NCBI GenBank assembly: GCA_964460785.1
Contig: CAYWQB010000001.1
Location: 308,657-372,656, forward strand
Direction: 5' to 3'
Source: an uncultured bacterium
GTDB lineage: Bacteria; Chlamydiota; Chlamydiia; Chlamydiales; CAYWQB01
Length of the DNA: 64,000 nucleotides
Shown here: piece after piece, positions 18,362 to 27,734 of the stretch
How positions within the stretch are numbered: the stretch's first letter is position 1
How the letters are laid out: each line of letters starts with the position of its first letter
Program-made: the position numbers and the translations under genes
The notes under the pieces: generated by a model
What the model was told of the DNA's origin: nothing
What the model saw: the letters and a program-made list of their open reading frames with translations, nothing else
Database searches by the model: none

Positions 18362-18389
18362 TAAATATAAACTAAACATCAGCCGATAA
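18362..18389 (+). promoter_or_regulatory. Sigma-28 (FliA/WhiG-type) promoter-like element: TAAA-N16-GCCGATAA
   Basis: An exact 8-mer GCCGATAA lies at 18382-18389 and TAAA at 18362-18365. The consensus as I know it is TAAA-N15-GCCGATAA. The -10 ends 34 nt upstream of the ATG at 18424. Confidence 0.4.
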
Positions 18390-18423
18390 ATAAAATAGAC
18401 TTTAAACAAAATAAGATAGTTCT

Positions 18424-19515
18424 ATGCATATTCGGGGAAGTAATAATGAGCCTTCATTCATACAACCTCCTTCAAATGAGGAATGTATTCAAAAAGAGTG
18501 GCAGGAACGACTCAAAGATATCTGCAAGCTAAGAAAAAACCTGCTCGAAATTAGAGAAGAGAGTCACCAGAACAAAATGGTTCACTTTGATGCCGAGCAG
18601 ATGGATCCTCAAGAAGTCTTCTCATTTGTTATGGAAACATTGATTCACATCTATCCAAATCGTGGAGAGCGTGATCAGTGGGAACGATTTATACACTCTA
18701 TCAAGAAGCCGGAGGTAACAGACCTTCCTCCCTCATCCGAAAGGACACTTTGGCAAGAGATAGTGGCAATTTATGAAATCTACTGCCAAACAGACTTTCA
18801 ACTTTTAGAACAGGAAAAGTGGAAGCGCATCGAGCACAAGCTAGCTCAAGACTTAACCGTTCTTCTACAGATAGAAAAGCACCCTTTAACTCTTGGGCAA
18901 AAGGTAAAAGATGACTTTCACACCTTTAAGGCAAGCCCTATTCAGTCCATCTCACAATCCCCCAATATCCTTGCTGAAGCTCTAAATAAAATAGGAAAAG
19001 CCCTTTATGAAAAAAGCTACACTGAAGTTGTCATGAGAGCCTCCCCTTTCCTTTCTGCAACAGCGGGGATTGTTTCTTCTTTTTTCACAGCCTCTCTGCC
19101 TGCAGCCCTACTCACTCTTGCTGCATACAGTGGGCTCTCCTATATGCTACAAACAATCGCAGAAGTGACCTGGCCTAGAATCTCTTTAAAAGAAGAGGCA
19201 TCTTATGTGGAGAAGGTTTCTCAACGGGTGTTTCATCTTGGCATCCCATTGGGAGCATCTCCTTATATTAACCCAGGAGACTCTCCTGATACATCGAAAG
19301 AGATCCTTCAGCACATTGAGGCCAACTTAAATAAACGGCGCGACATGCTACAAGGCGTAAAAAGGCAACGCCTGCAGAGAAAGCAGCTCCCCTCTCAAGA
19401 GGAATATAGCAGGCTTGTGCGTCTACGAGAGCTAAGAAAGAAGCTGCAGGCAGGTCTTTCCTTAACACAACATGAAAAATCTGAACTAGAAAGGCTAGAA
19501 AGCGAACTTTCCTAA
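18424..19515 (+). CDS. Orphan protein with Inc-like bilobed hydrophobic domain and C-terminal coiled coil
   Basis: No Sec signal. A ~40-aa hydrophobic block is split by a short loop (SPFLSATAGIVSSFFTASLPAALLTLAAYSGLSYMLQTIA, aa ~206-246). The C-terminus is charged and coiled-coil. The upstream spacer is AT-rich. Confidence 0.5.
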   Translation: MHIRGSNNEPSFIQPPSNEECIQKEWQERLKDICKLRKNLLEIREESHQNKMVHFDAEQMDPQEVFSFVMETLIHIYPNRGERDQWERFIHSIKKPEVTDLPPSSERTLWQEIVAIYEIYCQTDFQLLEQEKWKRIEHKLAQDLTVLLQIEKHPLTLGQKVKDDFHTFKASPIQSISQSPNILAEALNKIGKALYEKSYTEVVMRASPFLSATAGIVSSFFTASLPAALLTLAAYSGLSYMLQTIAEVTWPRISLKEEASYVEKVSQRVFHLGIPLGASPYINPGDSPDTSKEILQHIEANLNKRRDMLQGVKRQRLQRKQLPSQEEYSRLVRLRELRKKLQAGLSLTQHEKSELERLESELS

Positions 19516-19599
19516 GCTTATCTTATGTTGCTGGGAAAATAACTTTTTGACATCCTCAGGCTCCAATGCCCTAGCAACTCGTTTTCAGGTTTTAAGCTT

Positions 19600-22500
19600 A
19601 TGTCAGAGAAAAAAAAGCGGCCTATCCTCAAGCTAGTCTTGAGCATCTTTTTTGCCTGCGTCTTACTTATTTTGCTCCTACCTACCTTACTATCAACCAC
19701 TTTTGGAAAGCATTGCCTTCAGTTTGCAGTCAAGAGCACAAGTGGTGCCAAATTTGATTGTGAAGAGCTCCAGTTAAGCTGGTTTAGCTCTCAAGAAGTC
19801 AAAAACCTCTCCTATCAAGATACCAAGCATGGTGTAGATTTCTCCGTTGAGCTGTTCAAAACAGACTGGAACCCGACCTTGCTTCTTTCTGGAAGCAAAG
19901 TGATAGGGACCACCTCCCTGATTGCTCCAAAACTTGCCTTGAAAGTCAAAGACTTACCTGAAAAAGAGATAGAAAAAGCTTTTAGCCGGCGCACAAAATC
20001 ACGGCATACTCCCTCTTCCAATAGCTCAGAAGAAGCCTTCACTCCTTATATGATCCCTCTATCTATGAAAGTCTTAGTCAGCCGTGGCTCTGTGCTTATA
20101 GACTCCCCTGCAATGAAAAAAATCACCTTTGACCAGCTAACCCTCGATTTAACAACAGACAAAAAGGCAAACTCTCTTTCTTTCCTTCTTACAGGGCAGA
20201 CTGAAAAAAATCAGCAAGTAGGCTCTGTGCACTTAGCTACCAATGCTTCATTCTCCCAAGGAGCTAGGCAAAAGGCAGAAATGCTACCTGAAGCGAGCAT
20301 TGACGCAAAATGCCAGCTTGCCAATCTACCCGTTGATGGCATTGATGAAGTCATATCTTTGAGCTATCCTGAGTACCGAGGGATGCTCACAAGTTTAATT
20401 GGCCCTTCTCTAAACAGTAGCTTAGACTTTCAGTCCAATAATGATGACGCCACTCTTTCCTTTACCGTTAAAAGCGAGCACCTGAATGGAAATGTCGAAG
20501 CAAAAACAGAGGAGAAAAAGTTCTCTCTCTCCCAACCAGGAAAAATTTCTTTAGCAATTTCTGAAAGCTTTATACAGAAGTGGCAAAACACCCCACAGAT
20601 CAAGCTTACAGCCCCCTTACTGGTGACCGCGAACTTACAGTCGTTTGAAGGCCCCCAATCTTCTCTTTCTCATGGTCTTCAATCTTTTATTCAGAATTTC
20701 TCCATCAAGTCTCAAATCAACATTGAGCCAACAAAAGCCATGGATATTCCTCAGGTAGGCAGTGGGCGTTTGTCTGAAGGGGTCATCACCATCTCTGGAG
20801 AACAGCTTTCTTCTCTCTCTGTGGCAAGCTCTATCTCGCTGGACGATTACCAACCAGAGATTGAGGACCTTCTGGGGAAGAGCCTTTCGTTAAAGGTAGA
20901 GGGCACATTAACGCCCTTTGAGCAAGAGATTCTTCCTCAGTTCAAAGCAAGTATGCGCTCAGACAAAAGCTCTTTGAATGTAGCAGGCTCTCTCAGTGCA
21001 GCACAAGTCCTACAGCTCACGCAGCCAACGACACTTTCATATGTACTGACTCCAGCAGTGTTTGCTAAATTTGCAACTCCTCAAATGCCCTCATTGGAGG
21101 TACCCACTAGTGTGCGGGTCACTCTCCAACCTCAAACCATCAACCTCCAAACACCTCCTTGGCAAGCTCTTTCTACCCTAGAGCTTGAAGGAAAAGCTAC
21201 GATTGAAAAAACAATCTTAACCTCCTCACATCTTCAGAATATTGAGCTCCATGGTGCAGAACTCGATTTGAAGCTTCATAACCCAAGCAACAATGCACAA
21301 GTTCTCTTTGATATGGAGCTTATGGAAAAAGACCTCGCCGATCCCCTTGCTATTAAGGGGAAGCTCACCCTCACCAACTATCTGCAAAAAGAAAAAATTG
21401 CTCTGAACAATGCAAGGGGTTTCTTCTACCTCAGCCTACCAAAGCTTCCTGTCCGCTCTGTAGGAAACTATATGCAGCAAGGTGAAATTTTAGAGTCAAT
21501 GCTTGGAAAACATATCGACCTTTCTCTCCAAGCCTCTTTGCAAAAGCTCAGTAGCAACCAGGGAGGCCTGCTCCTTGAGGCACAGTCTGACCAGCTCCAG
21601 GCTCGGATAGACTTCTCTTTGGGAGACCAACTCACTTTGAAATCAACGCCTTCCTATGTGCGATGGACACTCACTCCCAATGCTTTTTCAAAAATCTATC
21701 ACATTCAAAATATTCCTTCAGATGCTTTACTCCTAGAGGATGCAAAGTTTGAGCTTCTTATCAATGCGCTCAACCTTCCGATTCACTGGAATGAAAAGCT
21801 CCCTAAAAAAATGATCGATTTAGGCGAGTTCCAGACAGATATCGCTTTAAACCTTCCTTTATTTGCTTTGGGGAACTTTAAAAGAGGCAAAGATGCGACC
21901 CTTGAAAACCTAAAAGCGGAGATCCATACAGAGAGCTTGAAAGAGCAAATCAATATCAACCTTCAAGCACAGTCTCGTTTAAAAAACTCTGATGGGAGTT
22001 CTTTACAACCAGGCTCTCTCCTAGCCAAAGGATTTATTCAAGACCCTCTAAACCCCAACCTATTACGGAATAAAAAGCTGAATGCAGAAATTCAAGCTAA
22101 TTTTAAGCACTTTCCTACAGAAAGCTTTTCACCCATTCACTTTTTCTCAAGTGAGTTGGATGAGTTTTTAGAGTCTTCTCTTGGACCTGAGCTTAACTCT
22201 AACCTAGATATCAAGCTCAAAAAGGGAAGTGGCCCCTTCCAAGCGAAACTGACCTCATCACATGCCAATGGCTCTTTAAAGGGGCAAATTAAAGAGGGCA
22301 TGCTTTTGCTTGACGAGGATGCAAGTGCCTCTCTTCGCCTCACACCAGGTGTGCTTCGTGCGCTATCTAAGATTCACCCGATGCTAGGAGATATCACCTC
22401 TGCCTCTAAACCCATTCGCATGACGATTGCGGCAGAGAAAACCTCTATTCCTCTATTCAACTGGGACCCCAAAGAGTTTAACTTGGGAGAGTCTGAGATT

Positions 22501-23097
22501 AACCTAGGTAAACTCTCTCTTAAAGGAGATGGCTTCCTCAACCCTCTTGTGGAAATTTTACAAGTAAAAAGCGCTCCTGAAAAGTTAGATGCTTGGTTCA
22601 GCGTTTTGCGATTCAAAGCCTCCAAAGGGTTGATTCACTGTTTGCGAACTGACGCTCTTTTGGATAGTAAAATACACCTAATGACTTGGGGGGATGTGAA
22701 CTTAAACAACTCCAATTTAGATATGGTTTTAGCGATTACGGGGGATACTTTAGAGCGAACTCTTGGTGCAAAAGACTTGGATCCAGGCTACACATTACAA
22801 ATTCCAATTCAAGGGAAAGACGGATCTGTCAAAGTCAACTGGGGGCTTGCCATCACTCAAATTTCAGGACTTTCCATTGAAACACAGTCCTCCAATCTCT
22901 TTGGCAAGTTTTTGGGTGGGCTAGTCAATGAAGTAGGAAATGTAAACAAAAAGCCCATTCCCCCTCCTCCCCCTTTACCATGGACATCGAAAGATATTCG
23001 TGGATATAAGCAAAAAGAAGCTCCTAAAGACTCACATTTCCAAAAAGATATGAAAAGATCGATAGAGTCTCTATTTGATCTCTTTGAAAAGAAATAG
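19600..23097 (+). CDS. Large N-terminally anchored envelope protein, AsmA/TamB-like
   Basis: 1165 aa. The N-terminal KKKRP plus a TM anchor is followed by a pattern resembling TamB/AsmA N-termini (FDCEELQLSWFSSQEVKNLSY...FSVELFKTDWNPTLLL). The rest is long and beta-rich. A PPPPPLP tract lies near the C-terminus. Confidence 0.45.
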   Translation: MSEKKKRPILKLVLSIFFACVLLILLLPTLLSTTFGKHCLQFAVKSTSGAKFDCEELQLSWFSSQEVKNLSYQDTKHGVDFSVELFKTDWNPTLLLSGSKVIGTTSLIAPKLALKVKDLPEKEIEKAFSRRTKSRHTPSSNSSEEAFTPYMIPLSMKVLVSRGSVLIDSPAMKKITFDQLTLDLTTDKKANSLSFLLTGQTEKNQQVGSVHLATNASFSQGARQKAEMLPEASIDAKCQLANLPVDGIDEVISLSYPEYRGMLTSLIGPSLNSSLDFQSNNDDATLSFTVKSEHLNGNVEAKTEEKKFSLSQPGKISLAISESFIQKWQNTPQIKLTAPLLVTANLQSFEGPQSSLSHGLQSFIQNFSIKSQINIEPTKAMDIPQVGSGRLSEGVITISGEQLSSLSVASSISLDDYQPEIEDLLGKSLSLKVEGTLTPFEQEILPQFKASMRSDKSSLNVAGSLSAAQVLQLTQPTTLSYVLTPAVFAKFATPQMPSLEVPTSVRVTLQPQTINLQTPPWQALSTLELEGKATIEKTILTSSHLQNIELHGAELDLKLHNPSNNAQVLFDMELMEKDLADPLAIKGKLTLTNYLQKEKIALNNARGFFYLSLPKLPVRSVGNYMQQGEILESMLGKHIDLSLQASLQKLSSNQGGLLLEAQSDQLQARIDFSLGDQLTLKSTPSYVRWTLTPNAFSKIYHIQNIPSDALLLEDAKFELLINALNLPIHWNEKLPKKMIDLGEFQTDIALNLPLFALGNFKRGKDATLENLKAEIHTESLKEQININLQAQSRLKNSDGSSLQPGSLLAKGFIQDPLNPNLLRNKKLNAEIQANFKHFPTESFSPIHFFSSELDEFLESSLGPELNSNLDIKLKKGSGPFQAKLTSSHANGSLKGQIKEGMLLLDEDASASLRLTPGVLRALSKIHPMLGDITSASKPIRMTIAAEKTSIPLFNWDPKEFNLGESEINLGKLSLKGDGFLNPLVEILQVKSAPEKLDAWFSVLRFKASKGLIHCLRTDALLDSKIHLMTWGDVNLNNSNLDMVLAITGDTLERTLGAKDLDPGYTLQIPIQGKDGSVKVNWGLAITQISGLSIETQSSNLFGKFLGGLVNEVGNVNKKPIPPPPPLPWTSKDIRGYKQKEAPKDSHFQKDMKRSIESLFDLFEKK

Positions 23098-23117
23098 TCG
23101 AGAGTAGGAGGGGTAGA

Positions 23118-25793
23118 GTGAAGAGTAAGCTGGCAGAAATCACGCGAGTGAATACATTTGACTCGGAGCATAGGAATAACCCATGGCATAAATGGGGCCC
23201 TTACCTTTCTGAGCGGTCCTGGGGAACGGTCCGAGAGGATTTCAGTGAGGATGGAAATGCTTGGGCCTACTTCCCCCATGACCTCGCTCGATCTAAAGCC
23301 TACCGAGCTGGAGAAGATGGCTTAGCTGGTATTTCAGACCACTTTCAAGTGCTTAACTTTTCTCTAGCTCTTTGGAATGGTAAGGACCCTTTTTTGAAAG
23401 AGCGCATATATGGCCTTGTTCCCTATGAGGGCAACCATGGAGAAGATGTAAAAGACTACTACTTTTATGTAGACAGTACGCCTTCTCACTCCTATATGAA
23501 GTACCTCTACAAATACCCTCAGCAAGAATTTCCCTATCAACGGCTTGTCGAAGAAAATCAAAAGCGCTCTCTACAGGACAGAGAGTATGAGTTGATGGAT
23601 ACGGGTCTTTTTGATGACCATCGCTACTTTGATGTCTTTGTGGAGTATGCAAAAGCTGATATTGATGATATAGGTATTCGCATTACAGTCATTAACCGTG
23701 GCCCTGAAGAAGCCTCTATTTCTCTTCTTCCTCAGCTTTGGTTTCGCAATCGCTGGTCCTGGCCACATAGTCCTCCAAACATGGGAACCCCTTCCATTCA
23801 GCTTCAGTCCGGAGGCAAAGACTTTGTCGAAGCAATAGCGGATGATACGACAGTCGGTCCAGACCCTGCTTTTTCTCATGATTACTCTCTTGGAGAGTAT
23901 CACTTCTATGCAGAAGGAGCTCCAGAGGCACTTTTCACAAATAATGAAACCCATGCAGAAAAGGTTTATGGGCCTAAGTACAAGAGTTCCTCGCCCTATG
24001 TAAAAGACGCATTCCACCGCTATGTCGTTGATGGAGAGCAATGCGTCAACCCAGATCACCATGGCACAAAGATGGCGTACCACTACCAACAGATAGCCAT
24101 TGCTCCAGGAGATACTCATACTTGCTACCTACGCCTATCAAAAAAGCAGCATGCAGCCCCTTTTAAAGACATCAAAAAACTCTTCACATCTCGAATGAAG
24201 GAAGCGGATGAATTTTATGCTTCGATTCATCCAAAAGAGAGCTCTATCGAAGAGCAAAAAGTTCAAAGACAAGCCTTTGCCGGCATGTTATGGAGCAAGC
24301 AGTTTTTTATGTTTAATGTCTCAAGTTGGTTCAGTCATGGAGACATTGAAGGGATGCCCCCTCCAAAGCAAAAGCCTTGGATTCGCAATACAAAATGGAA
24401 GCATTTAGACTGCAAACAAGTGATTTCCATGCCAGACAAGTGGGAGTATCCATGGTTTGCAGCATGGGATCTCGCTTTTCATACCATTGCTCTTTCCCAA
24501 GTAGACCTTCCCTTTGCAAAAGAGCAGCTTTGGGTTCTCTTAAAGGAAGACTTTATTCATCCCAATGGGCAAATCCCTGCATATGAATGGGAGTTTTCAG
24601 ACTTAAACCCTCCTGTCCATGCATGGGCTATTTGGAAGGTCTATTCCAGAGAGAAAAAACTTCAAGGGCAGGGAGATCGCAGCTTTTTATCTAAGTGCTA
24701 CCATAAACTGTTAATGAACTTTTGCTGGTGGGTGAACAAAGTTGACAATAGTGGTAATAATATTTTCGAGGGAGGATTCTTAGGACTCGATAATATTTCT
24801 GTGATCGACCGCAGTGAAGCTCTTCCTTCAGGGGAACAAATTGAGCAGTCTGATGGCACTGGATGGATGGGGCTCTACTCATTAATGATGATGAGAATGG
24901 CTCTTGAGCTTGCTTATGAAGAAGAGCATTACCAGGACTTAGCAGCAAAGTTTTTTGAGCATTTTGTGTTAATCTCTGCATCGTTGGAAACGCATGATAA
25001 CCGGCGCGCCCAGATGTGGGATGAAGAAGATGGGTTCTTCTATGATGTCGTCTCTTACCCAGACGGCCACCATGAGCCTTTAAAAGTGCGCTCGCAAGTA
25101 GGTCTTATCCCCTTATATGCTGTTGATGCCATTACGAAAAAAGATCTCCAAGCTTTTCCTCACTTTGCAAAATCTTTCCACTGGTTTTGCAAGCACCGCT
25201 CTCACTTAACGAACTGCTGTGTAACCACTGTCAACCAGCAGCACCTCCTTTCCATGATGCGTCCAAAGCAGGTAAGAAGCCTCCTTAAGTATTTATGGGA
25301 TCCTGAAGAGTTCCGCTCTCATTATGGTATCCGCAGCCTTTCTAAGTTCCATGATCGCTATCCTTTCACCTTTGAAGGAAAAACTGTGGACTATGAGCCA
25401 GCAGAAGAAACACGCCCTTTGAAAGGAGGGAACTCTAACTGGCGGGGACCTATTTGGTTTCCCACCTCTTATATCCTTTTAGATGCTCTGCGTCAGTACC
25501 ACTCCATTTGTGGAGAGGCTCTGGATATTGATTTTCAAAATCAAACAGTTCCCCTACAAGAGATCATTCATACACTCTCTTGTAATATGGTGAAGTTGTT
25601 CTTACCTGATGAGGGAGGTAAACGTCCTTGTCATGGCACAGATCACCTTTTCCAAGAAGATCCTCACTGGAAAGACTATGTGCTTTTCTATGAGCATTTT
25701 CATGGCGACAATGGCCGAGGTTTAGGTGCCAACCATCAAACAGGTTGGACGGGCCTTGTAGCAAAAATCATAGAAGAAATTCATAGAAACTAA
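23118..25793 (+). CDS. GH63-like glycoside hydrolase (processing alpha-glucosidase / MGH1-like family)
   Basis: GTG start preceded by AGGAGGGG. The N-terminal WHKWGPYLSERSWGTVREDFSEDGNAWAYFPHDLARSKAYRAGEDGLAGISD matches what I recall for bacterial ~890-aa GH63-type glucosidases. The C-terminal half looks like an (alpha/alpha)6 barrel. Confidence 0.7.
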   Translation: MKSKLAEITRVNTFDSEHRNNPWHKWGPYLSERSWGTVREDFSEDGNAWAYFPHDLARSKAYRAGEDGLAGISDHFQVLNFSLALWNGKDPFLKERIYGLVPYEGNHGEDVKDYYFYVDSTPSHSYMKYLYKYPQQEFPYQRLVEENQKRSLQDREYELMDTGLFDDHRYFDVFVEYAKADIDDIGIRITVINRGPEEASISLLPQLWFRNRWSWPHSPPNMGTPSIQLQSGGKDFVEAIADDTTVGPDPAFSHDYSLGEYHFYAEGAPEALFTNNETHAEKVYGPKYKSSSPYVKDAFHRYVVDGEQCVNPDHHGTKMAYHYQQIAIAPGDTHTCYLRLSKKQHAAPFKDIKKLFTSRMKEADEFYASIHPKESSIEEQKVQRQAFAGMLWSKQFFMFNVSSWFSHGDIEGMPPPKQKPWIRNTKWKHLDCKQVISMPDKWEYPWFAAWDLAFHTIALSQVDLPFAKEQLWVLLKEDFIHPNGQIPAYEWEFSDLNPPVHAWAIWKVYSREKKLQGQGDRSFLSKCYHKLLMNFCWWVNKVDNSGNNIFEGGFLGLDNISVIDRSEALPSGEQIEQSDGTGWMGLYSLMMMRMALELAYEEEHYQDLAAKFFEHFVLISASLETHDNRRAQMWDEEDGFFYDVVSYPDGHHEPLKVRSQVGLIPLYAVDAITKKDLQAFPHFAKSFHWFCKHRSHLTNCCVTTVNQQHLLSMMRPKQVRSLLKYLWDPEEFRSHYGIRSLSKFHDRYPFTFEGKTVDYEPAEETRPLKGGNSNWRGPIWFPTSYILLDALRQYHSICGEALDIDFQNQTVPLQEIIHTLSCNMVKLFLPDEGGKRPCHGTDHLFQEDPHWKDYVLFYEHFHGDNGRGLGANHQTGWTGLVAKIIEEIHRN

Positions 25794-25802
25794 GGAGAAC
25801 CT

Positions 25803-26663
25803 ATGCCTCTTGCAAATCCAGGGGAAGTCTTTCCCAAGCCAATTAGTCCTAAAGCTCCTATTCCAGGGCTATTGAAAGGACAAAATGCAATTGTTACCGG
25901 GGCAAATTCTGGTATTGGTGAGGGTGTTGCCTATGCGCTTGCACAAGCTGGAGCAAATGTTTGTGTGAACTATGTTGTGGGAGAGGAAAGTGCACAAAAA
26001 GTAGTCAAGCAGGTGGAAAGTTATGGTGTTAAAGGCCTAGCTATCCAAGCAGATGTATCCAAAGAAGATGAAGTGCAAAAGATGTTTGCCGAGGTCACAC
26101 AAGAGTTTGGCTGGTTGGATATTCTAGTCAACAATGCTGGGTTACAAAGAGATAGTGCTTTTGCTGATATGAGCTTAAAAGACTGGAATACCGTGATCAA
26201 TGTCAATTTAACGGGACAATTTCTCTGTGCTCGAGAAGCCGTACGCCACTTCCTCAAGAAGGGAGTGAAGGAAAATATCTCTTGTGCAGCTGGAAAGGTG
26301 ATTTGCATGAGCTCTGTGCATCAGAAAATTGCTTGGGCTGGGCATGCGAACTATGCAGCTTCTAAAGGAGGCATTCATATGCTCATGGAGTCTATGAGCC
26401 AAGAGCTGGCTCCCTATCGCATTCGCGTCAATGCGATTTGTCCTGGAGCCATTCGTACTCCGATCAACACCGAAGCTTGGGAAACTCCTGAAGCCTATAA
26501 CAGCCTTATGAACCTTGTGCCTTATAATCGCATTGGAGAGCCTGTAGATATTGCTCAAGCAGCTGTATGGCTTGCTTCTGATTACTCAGATTATATCTCT
26601 GGTGTCTCTTTGTTTGTTGATGGCGGGATGTGCTTATATCCAGGCTTTCGGGCTGGAGGGTAA
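25803..26663 (+). CDS. Short-chain dehydrogenase, glucose 1-dehydrogenase-like
   Basis: TGANSGIG Rossmann motif, NNAG, and the S...YAASKGG catalytic motif. The C-terminal LFVDGGMCLYPGFRAGG closely parallels the Bacillus GDH end (LFADGGMTQYPSFQAGRG, recalled). Confidence 0.8.
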   Translation: MPLANPGEVFPKPISPKAPIPGLLKGQNAIVTGANSGIGEGVAYALAQAGANVCVNYVVGEESAQKVVKQVESYGVKGLAIQADVSKEDEVQKMFAEVTQEFGWLDILVNNAGLQRDSAFADMSLKDWNTVINVNLTGQFLCAREAVRHFLKKGVKENISCAAGKVICMSSVHQKIAWAGHANYAASKGGIHMLMESMSQELAPYRIRVNAICPGAIRTPINTEAWETPEAYNSLMNLVPYNRIGEPVDIAQAAVWLASDYSDYISGVSLFVDGGMCLYPGFRAGG

Positions 26664-26665
26664 GG

Positions 26666-27724
26666 CTAAACAAGCCCTAACTTAAGACACATTGCTTCAA
26701 AGCAAGTTTCAGCCTTCATTGCACGGAGAATTGCATCTTGCGTGATACGCAGTGCTTGGATTACTTCGCGTAGTGGAGGCTGCTTGTTTTGTGTAGCCTC
26801 CTTCAAACGTTCCATTTCGTTTTGATGGTAAAGAGCCCGGTGCCCTTCAGGCACCTCTTTTAAAAGGCTTAGATCCCGAAACCAAAAGGCAATAAACCGA
26901 AAGTAGTGATCCAGTGTATGCAGGCCATGGAGAGAGCGCGCCCCCTCTTGGCTTTTCTTCCAGACTTCTCTTTGATAGGCTGAGGCATCCCAATCTTCAG
27001 GGATTGTTTCTGCAGAGTGTTGCTTATCCTTTTCAATATCATGAAAAAGCTCTTTTAGGGCTTGCTGAAACTGTGGGTATCTACCTTTGAATTCTCCAGA
27101 GAGCAGCTGATACAAAAGAAGCATGCGGCGGTCTTGACTTGCATGCCAAAGTTGTAGAGCTTGCCCTACAGAGCCTCTAGCGCGAGCGATCAAAGCTGCT
27201 TGCTCATCTTCAGGCACCTTAAATGATAGAGCCTGGTGCATTTCTTGCGGTGTCAGAGGTTGAAAATATAGGCGCTGCGTTCTTGAAATGATCGTCGGTA
27301 ATAGCCGCTCAGGGTAGGCTGAAACAAGGATAATCAAGCTATTTTCAGCTGGCTCTTCTAGGGTTTTCAATAGAGCATTGGCACTTGTTGGCAGCATACG
27401 CTCTGCATCTAGCAATACAAAAACCTTTTTGGGTGACTCATTTGGGAAGAGGTAAACTTCTTCACAAAAGCGTCGCATAGAATCCATGCTATGCATACCC
27501 AGCTTTCCTTCTGGCTGGTAAAGGTGAAAATCTGGGTGGTTATTATGATGAAATTTTTCTTTAGCTGCGGGTGTTGAGCAAAGAACTTGCTCAGCTAAGG
27601 AGCGTGCAAATAAAGACTTACCTACTCCATCACAGCCTGTAAAAAGTAAGCAGTTACCCAGAGAATTTGAAGCAACAGCATGCTCTAAATAGTGCTTGAT
27701 CGGCTCATTTCCAACAGGCTGCAC
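26666..27724 (-). CDS. holB: DNA polymerase III delta-prime subunit
   Basis: An AAA+-like N-terminus (LLFTGCDGVGKSLFARSLAEQVLC) and TLEEP...ISRTQ motifs. Located downstream of tmk. Confidence 0.8.
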   Translation of the reverse strand: MQPVGNEPIKHYLEHAVASNSLGNCLLFTGCDGVGKSLFARSLAEQVLCSTPAAKEKFHHNNHPDFHLYQPEGKLGMHSMDSMRRFCEEVYLFPNESPKKVFVLLDAERMLPTSANALLKTLEEPAENSLIILVSAYPERLLPTIISRTQRLYFQPLTPQEMHQALSFKVPEDEQAALIARARGSVGQALQLWHASQDRRMLLLYQLLSGEFKGRYPQFQQALKELFHDIEKDKQHSAETIPEDWDASAYQREVWKKSQEGARSLHGLHTLDHYFRFIAFWFRDLSLLKEVPEGHRALYHQNEMERLKEATQNKQPPLREVIQALRITQDAILRAMKAETCFEAMCLKLGLV

Positions 27725-27734
27725 AAACTTCCTC

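Noticed and set aside
22857-23279. 140-aa minus-strand ORF spanning the junction of the TamB-like and GH63-like genes
   Set aside because: It overlaps two better-supported plus-strand genes and their SD region, and no motif was recognised.
23571-24119. 182-aa minus-strand ORF and neighbouring minus-strand ORFs (23353-23931)
   Set aside because: They are antisense shadows inside the GH63-like gene, whose own frame has strong family motifs.
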